From an uncultured virus (IMG/VR IMGVR_UViG_3300015608_003726) (taxonomy: Duplodnaviria; Heunggongvirae; Uroviricota; Caudoviricetes), in the IMG/VR virus record IMGVR_UViG_3300015608_003726: a stretch of DNA of 64,000 nt; one strand, given 5' to 3'. Positions within the stretch are counted from its first letter, which is position 1; each line of letters begins with the position of its first letter. A program made the translations under genes and the position numbers. Positions 35,529-45,226 of this stretch are shown here, one piece after another. A model generated the notes under the pieces. It was not told the DNA's origin and searched no databases. It saw nothing but the letters and a program-made list of their open reading frames with translations.

Positions 35529-38451
35529 ACGGATAGCATTCCTTAATAATAAATTTTGGTTCAGTCATATATATTTTTCTTCTTGCGCTGCTATGAGAAG
35601 AAAGTATGCGAACATAATCTTGAAAATCAAAAACTATCGCATTCTTTTTAACATACTTTGTTATTGGATTTGTATATGTTCTTATTACTCGTCCAACTCT
35701 TTGTAATGCTCTTGTTGCGCTCTTTCCGGAACCTCCAAGAATGAGACCGTCCAGCGGTTTAACATCAACTCCTTGATCAAAAATCGATGTACTTATAGTT
35801 ATATTTGCTTTACCATTCCTCATTTTTTCTATATGATCGCTACGATCTTTAGACGAATGAGAGCCGTGAATAAAAAAACTACCAGGTATTATATCTTCTA
35901 AAAATTCCCCATGAGGAATATGTTTTATAAGAATGAGAACATTACGCCCACTATCAGCCATCTTTAAAGATGCTTTTTTAATTAATTCATTTCTTTCTTC
36001 ATTTTCTACAATATACTTCTTATATATTGTTTGATAACTTTCGGTAGTTTTATATTTTTTTGTATGAATAAAATATATTGTAGGTTGAACAAGGAAGCCT
36101 TTTTCTATAAGAAATGAAGCTCTAATATCAGATATTGTTTTGCCAAAACATGCTTCTATCAAAAGATCATCACCCAGGTCTCTAAATGGTGTCGCGCTAT
36201 TATGAACTAATAAGCCATTTGCAACAAATGAAGGATGATCTTCCATTTCAAAATCATAAACATAACCAGAAAATGGAACTTTTTCTATTTCTCTAATCCT
36301 GGCTTCGTGCAAACTTTCTTTGTACAAAAACTTATTAGGAGAGCAGTAGTGGCCTTTAATATTTCCATCCAAACATGACATTGACCATATTATTTGATAT
36401 GAAGGTCTTTTGCCTACTATTTCTCTCCCATTAATAATTCCTCCTTTTTCCGGTTTTCGAATAGAAATAGATGGTTTGCCGCCTAAACTTCTAATTAAAG
36501 ACATAATATCCTGAGATAATCCAAAAGATGTTGTTGTATATCTGGTTTCAGTTTTATTTTTCTTATTATACGTTCTACATCCATCAGAATCTATCAATCC
36601 CTCAAGAAGGTTTCTTCTGTTTTCTTTAGACCACGACATAATCCATTCAGGAGACAATCTCTTATCATAACATTTAGAAATTTTTAAAATTTGCTTAATA
36701 ACACATACTAGTAATGCATTACTTATCCTTATCTCTACTGATTTACCTTTCATTTCTCGAACAGATGGATTACATACCAACCATTTAAAACTACTAATTC
36801 TTTCTAAAAAATCATTAATACGATCGTTTTCTACGGCAAAATTAATTCTATTTCCATCAATCCAACCATCTCCAATATAAAATCCCAACAAATATGATAA
36901 ATCAGAAAACGGAATAAACCTACTAATTCCATTTCCTCTTGCTCCTTCTGTATAAATAAAATCTACAGTAGGACAGTTTTTAATAGATTTTTGCATTTCT
37001 ATATACTGAAGTATATTTACAGAAGATCCTTTGGGATTTTTATTGCAAATTTTATAGAATCTGTTTTTCGATATTTTTAATTGCTCATGAGATATGCTTG
37101 ATAAATCGCATCTGATTCTTATTTTATTAGGATTATGATAAAATTTATATAAACAATCGATAACATCTAATATTTCGTCTGTGCCTCCCCAGTTATTGCC
37201 ATTATCTTGCACTAATATATCACCAACAAGAAGTTTTTCTGTTTTTATTTCATTTATTTTGCCATAAAATTTCTTGGCTCCACAAACCATTTCATAAGTA
37301 TCGCCTTGTTCAACTCTAAAAATAGAATGATCACCTGTTAGTTGTAAGCTTTGTCCTCCTCTATATCTAATAGAATATAACTCTTTAGGTCCAATATGTC
37401 TAATAAATTTATTTATTTTTTTCCAACAAAATTCTTTACCATCCCATCCTCTGGACTGTATATCTAATTTTTCAACATTTATTATTTCATAATCTTGATA
37501 AAAACAAGAATTTTCAGTCTTCGAAATCAACTCCCAAGCACTTTCAATACATCCATGAAATCCTTTTCCAAACGAATATCCTTTTAACTCAACAAAGGAT
37601 TGAGGACCAACGGAGAGTCCATATTTATATTTTGCGCTAACAGAATGATCTGATATAGCCTGGCATGTAGACGCAGCCCAACAATGGCATTCGTCTCCAA
37701 TAATACCTTTTGCATTATATATAAGATTATATATTTCTTCTCTTTTTTCTAAAAGATCTTCATCTTCTTTATCTTTATCTTCATCTTCTTCATCATCAAA
37801 AGACTCATACATACATCCAATTGCTCTAACGGCAGTTTGCATAGTCATTACATTAATATCTTTTATATCGCATTTACCATCACCGATTATTCCGACCTGC
37901 AAAGAAGATCCATTCATGATAGTAAATTTTTCTATTTCTTCTTTTGCCTGCTTTAAAAGATCTTTTGATGGAACATAAAAAACAAATGGAGCAATACCTA
38001 ATTTAGATATTATGCCAGCTCCTATTTTTGTCTTTCCGCTCCCTGTAGCAGCTTTTATAATTCCTCTTGTTTGTTTGCACGCTTTTTCAATGGTTTCTTT
38101 CTGGTAGTCAAATGAAGGATAGTCTGGATTTTCTTCCAAATTTAATGTTCTTTCAACTTTTATCCTATTATCAATAGCGGTATATGGAATTTTATGAAAG
38201 TCAAAAAACTCCCTAGCAAGTCTAAGAAGTCCAGTAGGAAAATGCGTGCCATCTTTTTTAATATAACACTTACAATATTTCCTGTTATAACATACAGTAG
38301 AAATTGTTCCGTCCCACTTACCGTTTGAATTTTTCCACATAGCTTGAGGATCTTTATAGCCTAAAGCTTTTTTCAAAAGCTTATATTTAGAGCTATCTAG
38401 AGAACCCTCAATAAGCGTATAAGTATTATATACTTTTAAAATGATACTCAT
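35521..38451 (-). CDS. Superfamily-2 (UvsW/ResIII-like) DExH helicase, intein-containing
   Basis: FDYQ, AATGSGKT, GDECH, YGL|intein|SATPFR, QGVDV, LQRVGRVIR. Confidence 0.92.
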   Translation of the reverse strand: MSIILKVYNTYTLIEGSLDSSKYKLLKKALGYKDPQAMWKNSNGKWDGTISTVCYNRKYCKCYIKKDGTHFPTGLLRLAREFFDFHKIPYTAIDNRIKVERTLNLEENPDYPSFDYQKETIEKACKQTRGIIKAATGSGKTKIGAGIISKLGIAPFVFYVPSKDLLKQAKEEIEKFTIMNGSSLQVGIIGDGKCDIKDINVMTMQTAVRAIGCMYESFDDEEDEDKDKEDEDLLEKREEIYNLIYNAKGIIGDECHCWAASTCQAISDHSVSAKYKYGLSVGPQSFVELKGYSFGKGFHGCIESAWELISKTENSCFYQDYEIINVEKLDIQSRGWDGKEFCWKKINKFIRHIGPKELYSIRYRGGQSLQLTGDHSIFRVEQGDTYEMVCGAKKFYGKINEIKTEKLLVGDILVQDNGNNWGGTDEILDVIDCLYKFYHNPNKIRIRCDLSSISHEQLKISKNRFYKICNKNPKGSSVNILQYIEMQKSIKNCPTVDFIYTEGARGNGISRFIPFSDLSYLLGFYIGDGWIDGNRINFAVENDRINDFLERISSFKWLVCNPSVREMKGKSVEIRISNALLVCVIKQILKISKCYDKRLSPEWIMSWSKENRRNLLEGLIDSDGCRTYNKKNKTETRYTTTSFGLSQDIMSLIRSLGGKPSISIRKPEKGGIINGREIVGKRPSYQIIWSMSCLDGNIKGHYCSPNKFLYKESLHEARIREIEKVPFSGYVYDFEMEDHPSFVANGLLVHNSATPFRDLGDDLLIEACFGKTISDIRASFLIEKGFLVQPTIYFIHTKKYKTTESYQTIYKKYIVENEERNELIKKASLKMADSGRNVLILIKHIPHGEFLEDIIPGSFFIHGSHSSKDRSDHIEKMRNGKANITISTSIFDQGVDVKPLDGLILGGSGKSATRALQRVGRVIRTYTNPITKYVKKNAIVFDFQDYVRILSSHSSARRKIYMTEPKFIIKECYPYG
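36199..37614 (-). mobile_element. Intein (472 aa, Ser1) with LAGLIDADG endonuclease at helicase motif III
   Basis: YGL|SVGPQS ... LTGDHSIF ... LLGFYIGDG ... LEGLIDSDG ... VYDFE...FVANGLLVHN|SATP. Confidence 0.93.
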
Positions 38452-38456
38452 AAATG

Positions 38457-38696
38457 TTAAGAAGATGCTTTATCGTTTTTTGATATGTTTTTAAGTCTCA
38501 TTTCGCACTGAGATCTTAGATTCAAAAAACTGTCTCTAGCTCCCTTGATTTTACGTTCTGCATCAAAGAATTTACCATCATATATAAAATTGAGAGCATT
38601 TTCTAAATCGCAAATCTTCTTATACATAACTATAGACATATATCTACAGAATTGTTCTTCTGAGTAATGATTGTTTTCTTTATCATTTTCATTCAT
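38457..38696 (-). CDS. Hypothetical protein
   Basis: 79-aa helical ORF in the operon. Confidence 0.65.
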   Translation of the reverse strand: MNENDKENNHYSEEQFCRYMSIVMYKKICDLENALNFIYDGKFFDAERKIKGARDSFLNLRSQCEMRLKNISKNDKASS

Positions 38697-38700
38697 ATTA

Positions 38701-39735
38701 TCACCAAATTCTTGCTTCTTCTAATTTTTTCTGTAAAGAAATTTTATCTTCTTTATCACAATCTTCAGAATTTATTCTTAAAAGCATCTCCATAGGAACA
38801 TCGACAAGTCCTCTTAATTTTCTTTCTTTTTCCACTCGCTTCTTAAGCTTATCAGTTATACTCTTGAGTCCTTTTGTAACAGACCAATCTGGTCCTCTAA
38901 CTGGAGCAAGCATTTTTTCTATAAGACCGCTATACCACCATGTTCCCATAGGATTAGCTTGAGCTGTTTTTATATTTTGTTCTGCAAAATGCATTTCGGA
39001 CATAATAGATATTTCTTCTGTATTTGTAAGAAGAGATAAAACAGCAAAAAATGTAACAAAATCTTCGGTATGACCAAATGATAATTCTGCAAAATGTATA
39101 ATTCTCTTCTTAAAAGAACTATCTAAAAATACAGACCTAATAATATCAGAAGTATCTTGATTAGGTAAGTAAATTTTTAATCCGTAATAAAGAGCGTAAG
39201 CCTCTAATACAGATTTTGATGTCATACTAAAGTTTACGAATAAAGGCGACTGATCGCTATCTATTAAAGAAATAACATCTTTTTCATGAGTTTTACCACA
39301 TTTTATAGGTAAATCTTTTAAATTTATTCCATATATAGGAGAGAATATATTCTTTAATATAATCCATGAAACAGGAAAGACATTTAAAGAAGAAATAAAA
39401 CTAAAATCATCTTCAATATCAGATCTATTATTCATAAAATCATATACAAGATAATAAGCATAAGTAAGAATTTCATCTCTCTGATCAGGAGATAAAAAAC
39501 CTCCATTTATATTTACCATATTATCAATATATACCTGAACTATCGTAAATAAAGTTTTTGATAGAGATTGATTTTTTACTTCAAAGCATGGAGCATAAAG
39601 TGTCATATCTGAAAAAAACCATCTATCATCTTTATTTGTAAAAGAAATAGGCATATCCACAAAACCTATTTGTAGATCATTGCAAATAATTTGTATAATA
39701 TTTTTTGATAAACAAAAATCACTTATTTTGACCAT
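38701..39735 (-). CDS. Hypothetical protein
   Basis: 344-aa ORF; no recognised motif. Confidence 0.75.
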   Translation of the reverse strand: MVKISDFCLSKNIIQIICNDLQIGFVDMPISFTNKDDRWFFSDMTLYAPCFEVKNQSLSKTLFTIVQVYIDNMVNINGGFLSPDQRDEILTYAYYLVYDFMNNRSDIEDDFSFISSLNVFPVSWIILKNIFSPIYGINLKDLPIKCGKTHEKDVISLIDSDQSPLFVNFSMTSKSVLEAYALYYGLKIYLPNQDTSDIIRSVFLDSSFKKRIIHFAELSFGHTEDFVTFFAVLSLLTNTEEISIMSEMHFAEQNIKTAQANPMGTWWYSGLIEKMLAPVRGPDWSVTKGLKSITDKLKKRVEKERKLRGLVDVPMEMLLRINSEDCDKEDKISLQKKLEEARIW

Positions 39736-40273
39736 TATTATCTTGTCCTGGTTTTTGGGAATATTTCTTTATTTCAGACTCTGGAACTCCTATGTACCTC
39801 ATAAAGTCCTGGTGATCCATATTCGCCATATTTTTAATAAAATCTTGAACCTCTTGGTTCGTTATATTATAATTAGTTTGTTTTTCTAAATTATCATTTA
39901 TTTTAGACAAACCTTTTTCTGAATAATCTTGAGGATAAATTTCCTTTAATCCATTAATTATTTTATTTAAATCAATAGGATTTTCTTTAAGAAATGAATC
40001 GCACAAACAGTACATTATTTCCCTAGCTACATCCATAGATTTTATTATTAAATTAGGATCATTTGAATGAACAACTGTTTGCGAAATTCTTCCGCAACTA
40101 TGACACATATATTCAATAGACATTCCAGCTGAGGTATTCGTTTCTTTTGTTCCTAAAACTCCTATCTCTCTTATACCAACTCCGCAAACCCACTCGCTTA
40201 AAAGACAGGCATTGCAATAAGGACATTTTTTATCTAACAAAAGAGGTTCTGACCACTTAGGTAATGGAATCAT
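39719..40273 (-). CDS. Zinc-finger hypothetical protein
   Basis: CPYC ... YMCHSC pairs. Confidence 0.65.
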   Translation of the reverse strand: MIPLPKWSEPLLLDKKCPYCNACLLSEWVCGVGIREIGVLGTKETNTSAGMSIEYMCHSCGRISQTVVHSNDPNLIIKSMDVAREIMYCLCDSFLKENPIDLNKIINGLKEIYPQDYSEKGLSKINDNLEKQTNYNITNQEVQDFIKNMANMDHQDFMRYIGVPESEIKKYSQKPGQDNNGQNK

Positions 40274-42555
40274 TTTTGCCCCTTATTAAAAAGTTTATCC
40301 TCTCTTTTTTGATCTAAATCTATATTGTACATATAAGTAATTCCTCGCTTATCGTGTATTCCGAATAGTTTTTGTTCAGGCTTTGCTCCAGGAAGATAGT
40401 TTCTCAAAGAGTACATATCTCCACCTAAAAATGAACCATTAACCAAACACCTACCATTATGAGTGGTATATTCGGAAGCATTATGGAAGTGTCCTGCTAT
40501 GGTATAATTAGGTATGTCTTTTATTATACCAGACATTTTCTGTTCGAAATCTAAGAGAGATCTTACTGGCGGATTTTTTGACTTAACATCATCTCCGTGT
40601 ACCATGAGAAATTTATGATTACGAATCTTTTCTAACATCCACCATGTTTTAGGAATATGAAAATGTATCCTTTTATTATCTTTAAACTGCAGCTTAAGCA
40701 ACTCATATATTACATTATCCCAGTTGTTGTAATCCTTTTCAGATCCAGACCGGGCACAATTACCAGTAAAATAAGGATGCCCAGATTCACTTAAAACAGC
40801 AATAGTACCATTACTTACAGTAACACACCATACAGTATCATTATATTCCTTTTCAATAACATCCTTGCATACTACTCTGTATTTATTATTCTTTTTTATT
40901 TGTAAATACCAAGACTCTTGTTCTTCATTATTCGATTTAATTTTACTAATTAATCTTTTATGTTTAATAACAGAACATGGTATATTATGAGAAACAAATA
41001 ATCCTGCAAGTTTTTCTAAATATTTTTTGCCTCCCCAAAGAGAATCATACCCTCCTTTTCTTACATATCCATCTTTATGCAATTTATTTTCTCTAAAAGA
41101 ACCATCTCCAAGCATTAAACTATGCAATAAAACACTCACTTGCCTATCAGATAGATTATGCATCCATGAAGGAACATCTTTACGCTCAGGCAGTAAATCT
41201 TTAATTTTTTTAGTAAAATCTGAAGAATTTAAATAAAAGTAATGCTGTTTCAATTGATTTTTTATCTTAGTTCCAAGAATACTATTTGTTCTTTTTGTTT
41301 CGTTTGTTTTTTCTGAAAATTCAACATTTAAATCTTGTAATATTTTTCTTATTATATTCTGAGTTTTATTTTTAGATTGATATATTCTTATAGCATTCGT
41401 TTTTTCATCATAACATCCATCGGTCATAATCCATCCTAGTAATGATATAACATTATCATCTATGTCGTATTCTGTATTATTAGACGAAATTGATATAGGT
41501 ATAGATATACCAGCTTTAGTATTTCTTTTTAAATGTTTAGCTTTAACTTTTCTGTACATGTTCTTTTTATTTTCTGTTTTTACCAATACGTCATGATCTA
41601 AAGAACACAACATTTGCAATTTCTTCCTGTCTATACCTACAACTGTTTTTTCATTTTCATATATATGAATCTGCTCTATAGGCTGAAATTCAAACGTATT
41701 AGTATCGCAATTTAAAGTACCAACCATATCGCCTTGTTTTAATTCGTAATAATATTTATATCCATTAGGAGTTAAAATTCTAGTATTTTTGGTTTTACAG
41801 CGCCCATGGTTTCCCCTAATGCCATAAAAATGAACTTCTTCAAAAAAGCTAAGCCAATAACATAAGCATCTCGTTATCTCCTGATATCCTATCATAACCT
41901 GATCGTATATTGTAGTAGATATATAAACAGGAGACCACGCTCCTGCCTCATTCATGCCATCTACAATATCTCCTAAAGAAAATACGTGTAAAGCTGGTAT
42001 TTTATACAAATTCGAATGCAATTCATATATGTCAGCAACAGCATACTGTAGGTTCTTTAACCTTTCTTTAAAAATATCCAAAGAATAAGCAGATAGCCCG
42101 CCTGTTTCTTCTAAAGAATGCTCATGACCTATATGTAGATCGCTTAAAATTAGACCCATATCTTCTGGCGAATGCTTTTCCTTTGGCTTATTTCTAGGCT
42201 GCCAATTTTCTATTTTTACTTCTGGTAATTTATTTAAGGACTGAGATAATTTATCTGCAATAATATCAGCTCTCATTTTAAATTTATCAAGAGTATAATT
42301 TACAGAATAAGAAATATCCTCTTTACCTTTATCTACTTTATTGTGTAATATTTCTTCTTTCTCAGTATCAGGTATTCCTGTTTTATACCACTTAGTATCT
42401 CTATACTTATTTCTGCAGCTATCTTCTGTTCTATTTAAAATTCTACCTATATGAGAATAAGGCATATTTTCATAAGCCCTTTTCTCGTATAAAACACGCA
42501 TTTCTTCATCTGACCATGACCTTGAGTTGTCTTTGTTTATAAATGAAAATGACAT
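40270..42555 (-). CDS. Calcineurin-like metallophosphoesterase (DP1-like) with N-terminal Myb/HTH, intein-containing
   Basis: WSDEE...IGRILNRTEDSCRNKY HTH; SDLHIG, GDIVDG, GNHGR, VHGD, GHFH, NGS motifs. Confidence 0.85.
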   Translation of the reverse strand: MSFSFINKDNSRSWSDEEMRVLYEKRAYENMPYSHIGRILNRTEDSCRNKYRDTKWYKTGIPDTEKEEILHNKVDKGKEDISYSVNYTLDKFKMRADIIADKLSQSLNKLPEVKIENWQPRNKPKEKHSPEDMGLILSDLHIGHEHSLEETGGLSAYSLDIFKERLKNLQYAVADIYELHSNLYKIPALHVFSLGDIVDGMNEAGAWSPVYISTTIYDQVMIGYQEITRCLCYWLSFFEEVHFYGIRGNHGRCKTKNTRILTPNGYKYYYELKQGDMVGTLNCDTNTFEFQPIEQIHIYENEKTVVGIDRKKLQMLCSLDHDVLVKTENKKNMYRKVKAKHLKRNTKAGISIPISISSNNTEYDIDDNVISLLGWIMTDGCYDEKTNAIRIYQSKNKTQNIIRKILQDLNVEFSEKTNETKRTNSILGTKIKNQLKQHYFYLNSSDFTKKIKDLLPERKDVPSWMHNLSDRQVSVLLHSLMLGDGSFRENKLHKDGYVRKGGYDSLWGGKKYLEKLAGLFVSHNIPCSVIKHKRLISKIKSNNEEQESWYLQIKKNNKYRVVCKDVIEKEYNDTVWCVTVSNGTIAVLSESGHPYFTGNCARSGSEKDYNNWDNVIYELLKLQFKDNKRIHFHIPKTWWMLEKIRNHKFLMVHGDDVKSKNPPVRSLLDFEQKMSGIIKDIPNYTIAGHFHNASEYTTHNGRCLVNGSFLGGDMYSLRNYLPGAKPEQKLFGIHDKRGITYMYNIDLDQKREDKLFNKGQK
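40759..41799 (-). mobile_element. Intein (347 aa) with LAGLIDADG endonuclease after GNHGR; ends Gly-Asn
   Basis: GNHGR|CKTKNTRILTPNG ... CSLDHDV ... LLGWIMTDG ... LHSLMLGDG ... VWCVTVSNGT...FTGN|C. Confidence 0.92.
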
Positions 42556-42582
42556 AAAATATTACAACCTTTCGTATTAATA

Positions 42583-43329
42583 TTATACTTTTTTATTCAG
42601 ATTAATCATGCTTGTTTTAAAAGAATTGATAACTTGATTATGAGATTTTTGCATTTCTTTGTTATGAAGCCTTGTCATACCATTTGGATTTATTCTATAT
42701 TTTATTAAAACTTCTGGCATATTAATTATTTTATAACCAGACAATATGGCTCTGCACCACAAATCCATATCTGGTACTGTATAAATATCTCTATTTAGCG
42801 TATACATTCCTATATCTTTAAATATTTTCTTTTTAAACATAGATGTTGGATCTATAATCGGATTTTTTCTTCCTACTAACAACATATTCACATTTTCATT
42901 ATGACTAACTGGTGGATAAGACATAATTCTTGATTCAATATCATTTTCATCTATCTGTAAAGCCCATCCACCTACGCAAAAAACATCTTCTTTTTGCTTT
43001 TGAAAAAATGAATATTGATGTAGCAATCGATTTGGTAAACTAATATCATCTCCATCATGTATTGCTACATATTCAGAAGAAGCCATAGATATAGCTTCAT
43101 TTCTTCTTAGAGGTATTTTTTTATTATCCTTATTATCTATTTTAATAATATTTTCATATTTATCGGTTAGTTTCGTTACAATATCCCATGTTTTATCAGA
43201 AGAACCATCATTAATAATTATCCACTCAAAATCATTAAAAGATTGATTAATAATCGATAGAATCGATTGTTCTATAAAATTTTGACAATTATATAGTGTT
43301 GTTATAATGCTTATTTTATATTTCATCAT
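42583..43329 (-). CDS. Glycosyltransferase family 2
   Basis: ISIITTLYN, QSFNDFEWIIINDGSSD, RNEAI, HDGDD, DMDLW, YRI. Confidence 0.92.
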   Translation of the reverse strand: MMKYKISIITTLYNCQNFIEQSILSIINQSFNDFEWIIINDGSSDKTWDIVTKLTDKYENIIKIDNKDNKKIPLRRNEAISMASSEYVAIHDGDDISLPNRLLHQYSFFQKQKEDVFCVGGWALQIDENDIESRIMSYPPVSHNENVNMLLVGRKNPIIDPTSMFKKKIFKDIGMYTLNRDIYTVPDMDLWCRAILSGYKIINMPEVLIKYRINPNGMTRLHNKEMQKSHNQVINSFKTSMINLNKKV

Positions 43330-44431
43330 TAAAAATCTTATGATAATTTATTTTTATATTATCCCAATTAAAATGATCAAAACAATATTTATAACCAATG
43401 TTTCCTAGATCAATTCTTCTATTATCGTCAATCAACAAGTCTAGAATATTATTTTCAAAAGACTTAAAAATGCTTTCATCATAAACAAACTGTCCGTTTA
43501 CCTTCTTTGATGCATTAATTACTAATCCTCCTGACAACGAAGAAACATTACCTACATTCAACGATATCCAAGGAGTTCGAGAGGCCATACTTTCTAATAA
43601 AACCAAAGGAGCAACCTCCTGCTGAGAAGGAAATACAAAAATATCTGATTCTAAAAAAGATTGTATTGTATCTTCTCTTGGTATGTCTTTTAGTAAAATA
43701 TACTTAAATTTAGCGTTTTTCTGCAACATAGAACAAAAACGATTCATCAAATTATTTGCTACATAAAAACTAACTGTACTACAAATAAAAACCATAGTAA
43801 AATCTTTAAAACGCTCATAAATCTTATTAAGTATGCTAATTAAATATTCTTGTCCTTTTCCTGGGAAAAAATTAGATACGCACAATATCATTTTATTTGT
43901 TAAAACATTATACTTTCTTTTAAATGAAAAATTGTTATTTTTAAATTCACTAAAATCTATACCATTAGGAATGACATGTGTTTTTATGTTTTTAGATTTA
44001 CAAAACAAATAATCTTGGTAATTGTCTGAATGAGTAATTATTTTAAAATTATTACTTTTTTCAAGAAATAAAGATTGCAAACCTTTATCTCCTAACATTT
44101 TATTCATTCCGACCAAGCATATACTTTTACTAAATGGTAATTGATCTGATTTTTTTAATATAGCAGGCCAATAAGAAAAACAATCACTATATACCATTAA
44201 ATGATCTATATTTAATGAAATTAATTGATCCAAAAAATCTTCTGCATTAGAAGCTGTTCTTATTAAATTAACTCCATTAAAATAACAAGATTCTTTATTT
44301 GTGTACTTAGTAAGGACTACCGAATTATGGCCGTAATCCTTTTTCATGGATTCAGAAATTTGTTGAATAACTTTTTCTGATCCTCCTACATGAAAAGGAG
44401 ATGCATGGTTTACTGCTGCGCAAAATTTCAT
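43316..44431 (-). CDS. Glycosyltransferase family 4 (GT-B)
   Basis: GGSEK, VIPNGID, KGQE, DIFVFPSQQEVAPLVLLESMAS. Confidence 0.92.
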   Translation of the reverse strand: MKFCAAVNHASPFHVGGSEKVIQQISESMKKDYGHNSVVLTKYTNKESCYFNGVNLIRTASNAEDFLDQLISLNIDHLMVYSDCFSYWPAILKKSDQLPFSKSICLVGMNKMLGDKGLQSLFLEKSNNFKIITHSDNYQDYLFCKSKNIKTHVIPNGIDFSEFKNNNFSFKRKYNVLTNKMILCVSNFFPGKGQEYLISILNKIYERFKDFTMVFICSTVSFYVANNLMNRFCSMLQKNAKFKYILLKDIPREDTIQSFLESDIFVFPSQQEVAPLVLLESMASRTPWISLNVGNVSSLSGGLVINASKKVNGQFVYDESIFKSFENNILDLLIDDNRRIDLGNIGYKYCFDHFNWDNIKINYHKIFNDEI

Positions 44432-44463
44432 ATATAATAATCGAAAAAATTAAACTCAAACAA

Positions 44464-45225
44464 CTACTTTTCACAATTTTCAATACAATCAATTTTATGC
44501 TGATATAAATTTCGTATTTTTATTTTTTTCCATTTATCTTTAAATTTCGAATGACTATTAATAAGTAATTTATGTCTTTTACTTTGATTTATTTTACCAA
44601 GAGTTTGATGAGGTATATGAATAATATTTGATCGATAATTCCATCCTATTGAAAAACCATTCTGCATTGCTCTTATACAAAAATCAGGATCTTCGAAATA
44701 ACATGGATTATAAATTTCATCAAACATGCCTATTTTATCTGATACATATTTTTTAATCATCATTCCGCCGCAGCCAACATAAGAAAATGGCTCTCCTGGT
44801 TTCTTACAATTTTTTACCGGCCAAAAAGCAGAACTTAAAAGCCAAGCCTCAACGCCTATAATATCATAATTACCTTTTTTCATAAAATCATGATGATCTA
44901 ATAACCAGTTTTTTTGACATATTTGATCATTATCTAAAAATACAAAATAATCATCTTTAGTTTTTTCGTATATCTTTTGGTAAGTATCATATCCCTGATT
45001 TCTTCCACCTATAACCCCTAAGTTGCTTTCGTTAAAAATTAAAGTAATATTATTGCGGTTTACAGAAAAATCTTTAAAATATTCAACAGAACCATCTGTA
45101 GAATTATTATCAATTAAAATCAAATTAAAATTGGAAGTATTATTATATAGAGCATTTAAAAACCTCTTGCTCATATCTACATTATTATAAGCAAGAACGA
45201 TAATAGTTGTACTTGGATGATTCAT
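44464..45225 (-). CDS. Glycosyltransferase family 2
   Basis: IIVLAYN, IDNNSTDG, NLG..GGRNQG, FLDND, GMFDE, FEDPDFCIR. Confidence 0.92.
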   Translation of the reverse strand: MNHPSTTIIVLAYNNVDMSKRFLNALYNNTSNFNLILIDNNSTDGSVEYFKDFSVNRNNITLIFNESNLGVIGGRNQGYDTYQKIYEKTKDDYFVFLDNDQICQKNWLLDHHDFMKKGNYDIIGVEAWLLSSAFWPVKNCKKPGEPFSYVGCGGMMIKKYVSDKIGMFDEIYNPCYFEDPDFCIRAMQNGFSIGWNYRSNIIHIPHQTLGKINQSKRHKLLINSHSKFKDKWKKIKIRNLYQHKIDCIENCEK

Positions 45226-45226
45226 A

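Noticed and set aside
38950..38980. KTAQ as a prohead-protease cleavage motif in the 344-aa ORF
   Set aside because: Single occurrence and no head genes in the window to support it.
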